This document shows positions 28,010 through 40,817 of a stretch of 64,000 nt of DNA, piece by piece. Position 1 is the first letter of the stretch. Every line of letters starts with the position of its first letter. Origin of the DNA: Octopus vulgaris (Eukaryota). The notes beneath the pieces were generated by a model. The model saw nothing but the letters and a program-made list of their open reading frames with translations. It had not been told where the DNA came from and made no database searches. The stretch spans positions 6,448,001 to 6,512,000 of the forward strand of contig OX597825.1 of assembly GCA_951406725.2 (NCBI GenBank), written 5' to 3'. The position numbers and the translations under genes are program-made.

Positions 28010-28867
28010 GTTGTTGTTATTATCATTAACTTTATTATCATTCGAAGGAATCATTTTAACAACTAAAAATTACACCGGCATTTTGCTGTGTTTTGTTTAT
28101 TTAAAAAAAATTTGTATAATCATATTAAATGACAGAAAAGTAAAGTGAAAAACGTGCGTTCTTTTACATTATTTTTAGAATTATTTCCCTCTCAGTAATA
28201 TTAAAGTGAATATTATTATTAGTATTAATATTGATAATATTGATATTAAGAAGATTAACATTGATATTATTATTATTATTATTATTATTATTATGATTAT
28301 TATTATTATTATTGTTGTTGTTGTTGTTGTTTTATTATCTGTGTATTGTTATTAATGAAGAAATTTATTTCCCATTTATTTTACTTTAAATATTATTCGC
28401 TAGATTCAATTCACTTGAAATGGTTCGAGGAACAACTGTTTCATGATTCCAAACTCACTTGCATTTTCCAATACCTCAGAGCTTTTATGCATAATTACCA
28501 ATGTTTACAAGGCCTGTTTCATGTAAAGTTGCAATGACATATTGGAACGGAGAAAGTCCCCAGTGGATAACAGATTCTACAAATGAGCAAATAAACACAC
28601 ACACACACACACACACACACAAATAGAATATCTATACGTGTGTGTATGCAAGGATAAATATGCGTATGTGTGCGCATATTCGTTATATGCGTGGAAACAC
28701 TCGAATGTGTATTTTTGATATCATTATTAATACATCAGAGATATTAAAGAGAAATAGATGTATTGATTGATTTATGGTTTTAGAGAATTCATTTAATTGC
28801 TGACTCTGTTGTTAAACTCGTACCTACATGCATACACAAACATCTGTAAATTTGAATTATATACATA

Positions 28868-29388
28868 CCGTAAACCCCCGAATATAATCCGCATTTTTTC
28901 CCCAAAATTTAAAGGTTAAAATCCCTAGTGCGTATCATACACGAGGTTAAAAATGAAAAATATTTTCTAAGCAATGTCCGAGTCTCTATTTGCTGTCCGG
29001 CAATGTTTATTCAGATGCATTTTGTGATGTCAGGCATGAAAATACCTTAAGCTAAGCCTGAAAGCAATGAAGTCATAAAAGAATCATCCATAACTTGCAG
29101 TAAGCAACATTTATTAAAATAAAAGTATTCAGAACACAGAATAACATGTAACAAAAACAATTTGCAAACATATTTACATTCCCATATAACAGTTAAGAAC
29201 ATCACCATTATTGTATTACGCATGCGCGGAAGTGTTTGTTCGACTAGGTGCTGCTGGCTTAATTACGCACGACTCAAGTTAGAAAAGGGGTGTGTATTAT
29301 ACACAAGGTTTAGGTTTTTCAGAGGTGCAGCCCCCTAAAATCCCCTGCGTATTATACTCAAGGGCGGACTATACTCGAGGATTTACGG
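28868..29388. mobile_element. pogo/Tc1-type MITE
   Basis: TIRs CCGTAAACCCCCGAATATAATCCGC / GCGGACTATACTCGAGGATTTACGG; TA on both sides. Confidence 0.85.
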
Positions 29389-29404
29389 TATACATACATA
29401 TAAG

Positions 29405-29575
29405 ACGGTAAAGTTTGCCTTTGGTCATGAATAACCATGGGACTGCACCTAGGAAGTTCTTCTCCGAGAGACATGTCCGGGCAAGGTTGTTTTGTGGAGG
29501 ACCAGCAGTCGCCCATGCATATCAGTCTCCCCTCTCTACGTCACTGATGTTGTTCAAAGGAAAAGCAAAGACCGA
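29405..29575 (-). mobile_element. Interspersed repeat family D (probable LINE/SINE 3' end)
   Basis: Reverse complement of ATGCATGGGCGACTGCTGGTC...CTAGGTGC, also at 37553-37647 and 38065-38190. Confidence 0.65.
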
Positions 29576-29806
29576 TACCTATTTCTTTACTACCCACAAG
29601 GGGCTAAACACAGAGGGGACAAACAAGGACAGACGAATGGATTAAGTCGATTATATCGACCCCAGTGCGTAACTGGTACTTAATTTATCGACCCCGAAAG
29701 GATGAAAGGCAAAGTCGACCTCGGCGGAATTTGAACTTAGAACGTAACGGCAGACGAAATACTGCTAAGCATTTCGCCCGGCGTGCTAACGTTTCTGCCA
29801 GCTCGC
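29576..29806 (-). mobile_element. SINE family A
   Basis: Near-consensus copy; possible TSD GACC(G/A)ATAC. Confidence 0.85.
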
Positions 29807-30224
29807 ATGACCAATACAGCATGACACCCTGTGTTTCATGATCCGATGATCCACACTGCTCTGTCCTCTTCTTACAAGTCTTTCCCCGATGTGTCTTCAA
29901 GCCTTTCTCGGTTGCAAAAGTCCTACAGCACAGCTTACATCCAAAGTTGTTTGCATTCGCTGTTCGAAGGGATAACCGTATTCATGCCCCAGGTCACTTC
30001 CTTGTTAACTGGGTTCATGCATTACCTCCCTGATTAGAAAATCAGAACTCCCATGTCCCTGGCAATGGACTTCTGATTGACATTAATTTTCCTTCTTTCT
30101 TTCCTCCTCCTCTTCCTCTCTCGACCTTATAACGTAAAATTTCTTTAACGGTATTTTAAAAACTACTAACGTTCTCTATCCGCTTTTTGTTTTTATATAT
30201 TATATATAAAATTTCTGTACATGT

Positions 30225-30845
30225 TTCTGTAAACATGGTTTATTAATGAACACTGTTATTCATAATCTCCATCCTGATGAAACATTGATACATTATTTCA
30301 CCTTCTTATTCAAAACTAACGCAGCGATTAAATTTTGAAAAGTATCCACCTGAAACGGTGATAAATTCGAAGGATTCGAATCTGAACATCTTGTGCATTG
30401 ACCGTCTATTTTCCATTTCTCCTAGATATCCCCCAAAACACGTCTCACTTCTCATTTTTTTCCATTTTTACCTATTTTTTGGTTACTAATATCTTAAAAA
30501 TGCTTTATAGTGATATTTGGTTACAAACCTGGTAACGCCGGGCGATACTGCTAGTATATTATATATTATTATTTCTTACATATGTAAACATGGTTTCTTA
30601 ATGAACACTGGTTTTTATAATCTCCACTCTGATGATATTGATGCATTATTTCACCTTCTTATTCCTCCCGGATTAAATTTAAGGTATCCAACGAAACGGT
30701 AATAAAAATGATTTAAGTAACATCTTGTGCGTTTGTCTCTATTTTCCATTTCGCCTTGATATCCCCCAAAACACGTCTCACTTCTCCTTGAAATTATTAC
30801 CTATGTATGTTTGGTTACTAGTGATATTTGGGTACCCTGGTAACT
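30225..30845 (+). mobile_element. Diverged tandem pair of Helitron-related units
   Basis: Units begin TGTAAACATGGTTT at 30228 and 30583; the first ends AACGCCGGGCGATACTGCTAG^T at 30554. Confidence 0.65.
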
Positions 30846-30891
30846 ATTTCTCTGGATCTTTCCATGAAGATTATAAACACACACACGCACG

Positions 30892-30947
<56 letters not shown>

Positions 30948-31199
30948 TAAGAGGATCATTGGTAACTGGACAACGAAGTAACGGAAAAACTGGGTGGCAT
31001 TTGACCCGGCTAATAGGAAAAGTGATTGGGATAATATAGTTTAATTGATGAGAGGTATAATCATTGTTACTCCTGTGTTCTCAGTCAGTACTTATCGGTC
31101 AAATAGAAAAGATTTCAACTGCGGTCATATTAGTGTTTTAAAGAAAAGAACTAGGACTATCATGGCGGGAATGTTTTGTTTTTTTTATCAAGGGTTTAC

Positions 31200-32330
31200 A
31201 TCATCACTGTAGTGAACCCATTTGTAGAAATAGTTTTTAGAAACTATGTGCGTCAGATTTTTATTATTTGTGCTTTTATACAGTAATGAAGCTACAGTAT
31301 AGCAAAGCGGTAGAGTTAGTCCTACTTGCTAGACGTTGTGTAGATATAAGTATATTGGCAAAACGCTTTGAATAAATAACTTAGGAATGTTTTGAAAATA
31401 GTTTTGGATTAATAGTTTATTTTACAGAACAATGTACACAGATGCCTTCAAGCCAGAAAGAAACTGTACTCGGATATAAAATACAGTATACAACAGTGCA
31501 TACTTTTCTCTTTGTTAATCAAATGCTGTTTTTCTTTGAAGACTCCATTCAATTAAATATATTTGTGTCCTTCCATACATTTTCTTGACTGAGAAGATTT
31601 TTGTCTTGTTAAATAAATCAGACAAAAAGAGAAATGAATTTGCGAAAGAAAGATTGATTATATTAATCTCCTGCATCGTAATAAGAAGACGGTGTGATAT
31701 CTCAGTTACTTTGCAATACTATATTAGTTAAACTTATGAAGTTAATAAACAGTTAAAATGAGGTTTTAGTAAATGATAGTTTAACTTGCAAGTATATATC
31801 TGAGCTACATGAATCAGGACACGTCTCACCCATACGCACACACGCACAGAGAGTTAGTAATGGAAAATAATGCTATTAATGGTTTTAGCAGAGTTATGAC
31901 AATGCTACCAATTTTTAGGACGTAATAGCTTAAATGTTGAAGAAAATGTAATGACAAGTTGAAAAAAGTGAAATATCTTCAACAGTATTTTAAGAGCATT
32001 AAATAAATAATAAACTTGATTTAGAGTTTGACTTGTATTTTTGTAAATAAGTTTATGCGAAATAAAGGATAGTGAAATAGCAAGAGAGAGTTGAGTACTG
32101 CTGTCTTATTAAAATGAACCTTATGTCACAGCCTCCGGCTACAATAAATTTGATTAGCTAAGAGATCCAATTTCCCAAGTTTATATAAGCTTGTTAAAAG
32201 CTTCGAGGAAGTTGCTTTCGATATTTAAGTGCAAAAATTAAAGCTCACATTTTTGTCTGCCAATACCCAAAAAACTCCAGTAGACATTTAAAAACACGTT
32301 TAAGGATATAGCACAGCTAGCTTTGACCGA
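31200..32330 (+). mobile_element. Highly decayed ZMYM1-type hAT transposase
   Basis: Ordered relics NNLGMF, ISVTLQY and QSYDNATN (GQ.YD.A.NM); may resume at about 34400-35000 (FEVGVFNKYTD). Confidence 0.45.
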
Positions 32331-32582
32331 CGTTACCAATTATGGTAATGCTAATCACAGGTGTGTTTACATTTAAACGTAGATGTTGTAAGTTCAAATC
32401 CAAGGAAGCTATCTGCTACATCCCAATCATTCTTTCTACTATAGGTACGAGGCACGAAATGCTTGGGAGGGGAAAAAGTTGATCACATTGACCTAATGCT
32501 CAACAGGTACTTATTTTTATTCACCCCGAACTCGACTTCGACGGAATTTGAACTCACAGCGTGAAGCTGTAAGAAATGACCC

Positions 32583-34385
32583 ACGGAGAAGACCGAAAGT
32601 GTCATCAAACGAATGCGCTGGAAAGCTTTCTTCTACGAGAACCCTTCTACAACAACATCTGGGGATAAGTTTAGCTTTATATTCACAAGGGCTCAAGCTG
32701 CCTCCCCCCACCGCTATAATTAGAAATCTGTTTTCAGGCATTAGCAAACGGGTGTCTAAACTCTTAGCCAGTATGGAGCTCTTTAATAGGGCCGCCCACC
32801 ACTGCAACCGATGCTTTGGCTAGGAGCGGATTTTCTGAGTAGCTCACGTATGTGGATGGACCCCAAACCCTTTCTCCTCACCCCAACAGAATTAGGAAAA
32901 GGAAAATAATCTGGTATAACCCCCATTTAACCTAGAAGTTTCTATCAACGTAGACAAGAACTTCCTGTCGTTAATAAAGAAACATTCACCTAAAGGCCAT
33001 AAGTATTACAAACTCTCAGCTCCCATAATATCAAGGTAAGCTACTCCCACTTAGACAACATTACATCTAACATCACACGCATCAACAGACGTAAGCACGC
33101 ACCCACACAGCCCACAACCCCGATCTGCAACTTCCTAAACCCTACCCTCTGCCCTCTAGGAGGATCCTGCATCTCAAGGGCTGTAGTATACAGAGCCACA
33201 CTTACACCATCCGATGGCATTACTACGGACTATACGGGCATGACAGCCAATGACTTCAGAGGAAGATATTCTCAGTGCTTGCAGTCATTTAGATCCAGGG
33301 ACAGAGAGAACTTCACTTCCTTGTCACGTTTTCTCTGGAGACTTCGTGGTCTCCGAGATGAAACATCCAACATCAAGTGGACTATTATCGACAGGGTACC
33401 ACCATATTCACCCGGTGCTCCTAATTGCTAGCTGTACTTCCGCGAAAAACTGCATATCATCTACCATTCCCGCAGTATCCATCAACAAGAAATATGAAAT
33501 ATCGTATGGCTGTCATCAGAGGTACACCCTTCCGGTAAATTTCAAGCCTCTGGCCGTCGACAACCCGGATATACCCTCTTTGTATCAGCCACCCCTAGCA
33601 CCTCCAGCACTAAGGTCACCGTCACAAATTAACCCCCCATGAACAGCACTGCAAACCATCGATCCCCCAAACTCCTCCATGCATGTCTACCCGTATGCTC
33701 TCTCACCCTTTGTGCATGACCACACGAGGATATGTGCGCATGTGCATGTGAGTGAGTGCACATATGCATCTGCTCACCGTATGCATGCGCACGGATGTGA
33801 CTGCGCGGGTGTACATGTACGCGCGTGCAGCCCATATACATGTGCATGTGTACAAGTGTGCACGTGTGCATGTATGTACACGTGCGCACTTTTGTGTGCG
33901 CGCGCGTGTGCTCGTGTGCATATGTGCACGCGCGTGTGTGAGCGTGTGTGTGTGTGCGCGCGCAAATGTGTGAGTACATCTAAGCACACATACATACATA
34001 CATACATGCTGATATATGGGTTCATATATGTACATATATACATATATACCCCCACATCTACCACCTCTTCCTACTTCCCCCAGCCACTCAACCAATTTCT
34101 TGTCCACCGCGCGGTCGATTTCCTGTTCACCATGCGGTATTTTCGAACTAACTGTTGTCGCTGAAATACCGACATCAAACCTCTATACCCCGTGATCTTT
34201 CTCGACCATTCGCAGGCTAACGTCCAATAATAAACATTGATTCCCTTTAATCGAACTCTCATTCAGACCCCAATGATCGAAGACCAGCCACACACTTGAA
34301 ACTCAGAGTACCAAGGGGTATTTGGGAGTAGGGTGTGTGGGCTATTGCATTATCTAAGAATATAAACTATCTCTAAAAACAACGG
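32583..34385 (+). mobile_element. Penelope-like retroelement (Naiad-type), RT core deleted
   Basis: EKTESVIKRMRWKAFFY; YIHKGSS..IIRNL..ISKRVS; RKRKIIWYNPP; IKVSYS; CN...CPLGGSC..VVYRA..YTGMT..F..R (GIY-YIG); frameshifts and stops. Confidence 0.9.
34267..34320 (+). ncRNA. Decayed hammerhead-like motif at the PLE 3' end
   Basis: accc-CAATGA-T...GAAACTCAGAGTA...gggt; stem III ACTC/GAGT and GUA site kept, core mutated. Confidence 0.45.
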
Positions 34386-36114
34386 TTTATCTTAATATGT
34401 TCAGAATACCTTTCTCCGGCACCTGTCATCCTCTGAAATTTAGAGTAGAATTAAAAAATAGTCAATAGGTCAGTTGTGTGTTTTTTTTTTTTTTTTGTGT
34501 GTGTTTGAATGTTGTTATTGCTGCTGTGGAACAGACAAATAATCTACAATGACAGGAAAGAGAAATACATAGGAAAATAACTTTTTTCCAAGAATGTTGT
34601 AGCAAGACGGAAGTTAAATAAAAGATCTAGGATTGGCTTGTGTTATAAAAAAAAAAAGCTATATGTTTAGAATAAAATATAAATTTCAAAAATATCAGAT
34701 GAAGAGGAAATTTAAAAAAAACTGATGTGAAAATAGTTTTGAAGTAGGTGTTTTCAACAAATATACTGATGTGCAGCTAATATTAATTCTTGACATACAT
34801 TTAGTTACACATTTTGAGTTCTCATTTTTACGATAAGAAGGCAAAAAATACGCAGGAAACTTATTGTGGAAAAGCACATAAAAGTGGGAGAGAAGGAGAC
34901 AGACACACAGACTGACAGACTGACAGAATCTGTTTCCAAAAAGTTGATGAATAAAAAAATCGTACAATATAGACAGAGAATTTGAATGCCGATGAGAATA
35001 ACAGAAATTCGAATATATTGTATTTTTTTGTAAAAATAGAAATATATCTATACTATATGTTTAAATTAGAAAAGCTATCTAAGGAATCATAAGATACTTC
35101 AATACAAGAATAATAAAGTCTTAATGCATAAAAGAAAGAATTTGCAGAGGGTAGTAAGAAAGAAACGGAAAATATCCTAGTTTTCAGCTGAAATAATAAT
35201 GTCTGTCATGAGAGATTTTGAAGGAGATCTAGCAAGGAATATCTTCAGATATGAGGGCATTGAATATAGAAGATATTAACGTTTGATGATATTCTGAGAA
35301 AAGCCACATGGTTCCATGCATTTGGGGTATATTTCTATTCAGTTGAAGTGGATAGATCCTACTAAGCAGGAGAAATGCAATAATCCATTAATAGTTATCT
35401 AAGTTTGGCCTAGAATCTAGAATTGTTTTTAAAGCAATAACTCAGGTATGATACAAGTGTAGTTCATTTTTGGTTCATTGAATTGCTAGCAACATTATCT
35501 TCTTACAGTTCTTCTTCAGACAACTTTCTTTCCAGCTATATCTGGCCAAATTCTCTCTTCAAAGTCTGTGAATTCTATTTAAACTTGCTTCTTTGTTTTA
35601 AACTTTTCTACGATTGATAAAAATAGTTACTGTATTTTTTTCCTTTTTATTCTTTCTTCCACTTTAATGTTATATCATCATTTATATTATTTTGTCTTCT
35701 TCGGTATAAAGCAAGTTTCATTAGACATGAGATGTACGTATTTGACCTGATAATATATATCCATGAGTTCAAATTTGATATTGCTAGTGTGTTGAGCTTC
35801 TGACATAAGCACACAGGTAAGAAAATTATTTTCAAATTTTTTTCGATTGATAATCCTTTCTGAAAGCATCTCTCTACATTATGAAGCTTATGATTATTTC
35901 CTTTCGCCATTGCTTGTTCATCAGAGTCTAAAATCTGAATAGAAGTTGAACAAGGGGGGGGGGGGATTTAAGAATATACAAACAAGGCGAAAACAAAGCA
36001 AGACGTGATGGAGAGTAAAGATGGGCGAAGAGACGAAAATGATAGACAGAGGGAGGGGAAAACGAAGAGCCACCAGATCTAGAACAGCTGTTTAAATGTA
36101 TATAAAAGCTCTTT

Positions 36115-36592
<478 letters not shown>

Positions 36593-37292
36593 CTTTATCT
36601 CTTACCTCTCCCCCTATCTTTCACCAACCCCTTCCCCTTACATTCCTCTCTTTGTCTTTCCTCTATTTCTTAACTGTGTTTTCTGTTGTGTCTGGCGAGA
36701 GTCATTCTCTTTAATTGCCTTATAATTCAACACACTCACCAGACACAACAGAATATGCTTCAACACACGAACTCACATAAAGAATCTTGCAAACCAAATC
36801 CCAAAACGAAATTAACTGTATTTATTTATTCAATTACCTATGTGTCAATTAAAAAAAAAATTACTTAGCTTTATACATGATCAGGTTGCATTTATTTTAT
36901 ATTTTTATTTTTCATTTTTATATGTTATATATTACATACTTTATATTATTTTGTATCTTGGGAAAGTCATTACCTCAATAATATATTTATTCACCTCTGC
37001 TTTAACTGCACAAATGATTCTCTTCTCTCATTCTTTATTCCGTGTCTCTTTTCCTTTCCTTTCTCTCTTTTTCCTTCTTAATTCCCTCTTCTTTATTTCT
37101 TTCACTCTTTCTTTTACTTTCTCTATCTTAATTTCTCCAGTTCTTTTCTCTGGTTCTCATTACACACCATCACTTTCTCTTGTGCCACGTATACTTCCTT
37201 CTCATAGAATTGCTTTCTTTTTCCTTCCCAAAATAATGATGAAATGCTTTGCCGTCTATCCAACTTTCAACTGTAACTTAATGCACTAAAGT

Positions 37293-37389
37293 GTTCCCTG
37301 ATAATGCATTGTGGCTGAGCATCAAAATGCACTGGCAACATCTATTGCTGGGTTTCAAGCAGCCATAATGGTGAAACGTGCGTAGGAAC
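37293..37389 (+). ncRNA. Type I hammerhead-like motif with long stem II
   Basis: gttcc-CTGATAA-...cattgtggctg...cagccataatg...-GAAACGTGCGTA-ggaac, downstream of a pyrimidine-rich tract. Confidence 0.7.
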
Positions 37390-37429
37390 TATAATAGAAA
37401 CATGTACTTAACCTTATTACTCCTCCAAT

Positions 37430-37438
37430 GTATATATG

Positions 37439-37509
<71 letters not shown>

Positions 37510-37652
37510 GTATATATATATATGTATGTATACATACATACATACACACATTCATGCATGGGCGACTGCTGGTCTTCCACAAACAACTTGCCCGGACTTG
37601 TGCTTTCTAGGTGCAATCCCATGGTCAATCATGACCGAAGGGGGTCTATATA

Positions 37653-37706
<54 letters not shown>

Positions 37707-38190
37707 CATAAATACGTATATGTATATATATATATATGTATATATATGTAGATATGTATATATATATATATATATATATACGTATATGTGTGTATATGTA
37801 TATATATACGTATATACATGTATATGTATATATATATATATATGTATATATATATGTATATGCGTATATGTATATATATACACGTATATGTGTGTATATA
37901 TATATGTGTATATATATTATACATATATATACGTATATGTGTATATATATATATATATATACACGTATGTGTGTATATATACGTATATGTATACATATAC
38001 GTATATGTATATATATACGTATATGTATATATGTGTATATATAAACGTATATATACATATACGTTGGAGACTGGTATGCATGGGCGACTGCTGGTCTTCC
38101 ATAAACAACCTTACCAAGACTTGTGCCTCCGAAGGGAACTTTCTAGGTGCCATCCCTCGGTCATTCATTACCAAAGAAGCTCTTTACCTT
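37430..38190. repeat. Degenerate (TA)n tract with two family D fragments
   Basis: Directly visible; fragments at 37553-37647 and 38065-38190. Confidence 0.85.
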
Positions 38191-38743
38191 TTATTGTAAC
38201 AAAAAACAAGATGCAAACAGTGTAGAGTATTTCTGTTGGCCTATGTAAATTTCTGTTCCTCAGATCTTGTATTAATTTTCCATCCTTTATCTGTCTCCGT
38301 TTTAAGCAAAGAATGTGATGAGAATAACATTCAGTAGAATAATTTTGTTATAAGAAACTTGGTACTCTTAATGTTATGCTGTAATACTGGATTGTACATA
38401 TTAGTGGTTCCATGTAGCACAGTCTTGTAGAGATAATAAACAGAAATGCATTACGGCTTCTTAATGAAATATTTTATGCATTAGTTCTGGAAGTGAGAGA
38501 GTAAAAAAGCACAGTAACCTGTGAAAGTGACGTCATGCTATCACCTATTGCCGATAATTTAAACTCGAATAAAAGCAACACGTTTCCTGAGAATCAAATT
38601 TTAAAGCGCCTTACTTTGTAATAAACACAACAAGAAATATTATCAAGTCAATAGCAGTATAAACAAAATATATTAAATTTTAGCTTCAGTAACTCTTCCT
38701 TCATCATTAGATTATGTGTTTACAATACTGCAATATTATTGTT

Positions 38744-39159
38744 GGAGCTTTTCGGTTTGACCGGCAGTTTTTTCTAGCGGTGTCATATGAAATTGTCACC
38801 CATAATTATGACCCTAGTATCGATCTATTGCATTTCAATCTGTTTTAGGGTTAGGGTTAGGGGTGGGGGAAGGGTATCTTTTTTCTTCAGAAATGTAAAT
38901 AAACCCAATCTGTTTCTTAAACGAGGGACATATTCATACGGCACAGAATGTTTTCACCTCAATAGACGTCATTGATTGGTTGAAATTGCGGAAATTGGAG
39001 AAAAAAAAACAACAAATATCTTACAAACTATAGAATTTTCTCAATAAAGCCAAGAGAAAAAGATGTTTTATAAACACATTCTACCAGTATACGAAGTTTA
39101 AAAGTGTTTAGTTACGTGGAAATTATTTTTAAAAACTGCCGGTCAAACCGAAAAGATCC
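38744..39159. mobile_element. MITE with GG termini and perfect 8-bp TSD (Merlin-like)
   Basis: TIR GGA(G/T)CTTTTCGGTTTGACCGGCAGTTTTT; TSD TTATTGTT at 38736-38743 and 39160-39167. Confidence 0.9.
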
Positions 39160-39505
39160 TTATTGTTTAGTGTCACAACATTTCACAAGTTCACCACCAT
39201 GTACCTAAATATCACCGTCACTATTATTTATTGTTTTCAAAAGTGTTTACCGAACATCGCCGTGTTTCAGCAATTTAGAATTGTGATTAGAGACTGTTAA
39301 TTTTTGTTGTTTCTGGTATCATTTTAATGTTTTTGTCTGGTGTGTAAAATACAAGCAAAGTAACTTGTGTTATTTTGTTGGGCAATGTATGCATGTGTGT
39401 GTCATATGGGCTGTGTTACTGGTGTTAAATATATGTGAAGAGTGTGCTGTGTGTGTGTTATATCATTGTGTTCCAACCAGATAGAATGTGAAGCGTTTGG
39501 TAACA

Positions 39506-39882
39506 TAATTTGGGGTGCCATAATATAATTTGGGGTACCATAATTTGGGGTACCATAATATAATTTGGGGTACCATAATATAATTTGGGTACCATAATAT
39601 AATTTGGGCTACCATAATATAATTTGGGGTACCCATAATATAATTTGGGGTACCATAATATAATTTGGGGTACCATAATATAATTTGGGGTACCATAATT
39701 TGGGCTACCATAATATAATTTGGGGTACCATAATTTGGAGTACCATAATTTGGGGTACCATAATTTGGGGTACCATAATATAATTTGGGGTACCATAATA
39801 TAATTTGGGGTACCATAATATAATTTGGGGTACCATAATTTGGGGTACCATAATATAATTTGGGGTACCATAATTTGGGGTA
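39506..39882. repeat. Minisatellite of mixed 15- and 20-bp units
   Basis: TAATTTGGGGTACCA with or without TAATA. Confidence 0.95.
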
Positions 39883-40238
39883 GCAACTGCATAAGAGTAA
39901 ATTCTGTGTTATTTTATGGGATCATGAATGTGCAGAGTATGTGTCTTATCATATTGCTTGGAGATGTTATAATGGAGGGAATGGAATTTCATTAAGTAAT
40001 GTTTGTAGAGAGTATGTGCTGTGAGCAGAGAGAGTACTACTTGGGTAAGGCTACTCAGTTGTAATTATCTTGCATGAGACTTGGATTGTGCCAAGTCACG
40101 TTCTGGTTCATATCTCCCGTGTCACATTGATTAACTCAATTATTATTCTGTTTTTACTTTCATGCCTCACTGCTTCTTGATTTTAATTTCAAGATCCTTG
40201 AAATTCAGGGCTACATTTTGGTTAGAAGAGATTAACAT

Positions 40239-40342
40239 AAATTATTTACATTTGACGGATATTTGTCCTAATTCTTGTTTGTTGTTAACACAACATTTCA
40301 GCTGATATACGCTCCTTCACCAGGTGTCTTGGGGAAATCTCA

Positions 40343-40393
<51 letters not shown>

Positions 40394-40400
40394 TAATAAT

Positions 40401-40499
<99 letters not shown>

Positions 40500-40753
40500 G
40501 GTCGTATGGTGTAGTGGTTTCGTACGCAAGATATCAACCCCAAAATTCCGAGTTCAGATAATAATAATAATAATAACAACATCGAAAAATAGCTTAGGAA
40601 TGAGAACGCAGGTTCGAAATTTCCCCAAGACACCTGATGAAGGCTGGAGGTTATATCAGCCGAAACTTTGTGTTAACAACAAACGAGATGAGGACAAATA
40701 CACGTCGAATGTTAATAATGTACATAATTCCTCATCTCTTAAATATAGAAATG
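40239..40753 (+). mobile_element. tRNA-headed, hammerhead-tailed SINE-like element with an inverted partial copy
   Basis: Forward copy at about 40500-40750; inverted 3' fragment at about 40242-40342; flanking repeat GATTAACAT at 40230-40238 and 40754-40762. Confidence 0.75.
40629..40674 (+). ncRNA. Minimal type I hammerhead-like motif
   Basis: gacac-CTGATGA-A-ggctg(loop)cagcc-GAAAC(T)TT-gtgtt. Confidence 0.7.
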
Positions 40754-40817
40754 GATTAACATGTCTATTAGGGTAAAAATATTCTATTCTACACCTTGAT
40801 TAATGCATCTGAATAGA

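Noticed and set aside
33425-33437. In-frame stop in the PLE Cys motif as possible selenocysteine
   Set aside because: The codon is TAG, not TGA, and the element is frameshifted elsewhere
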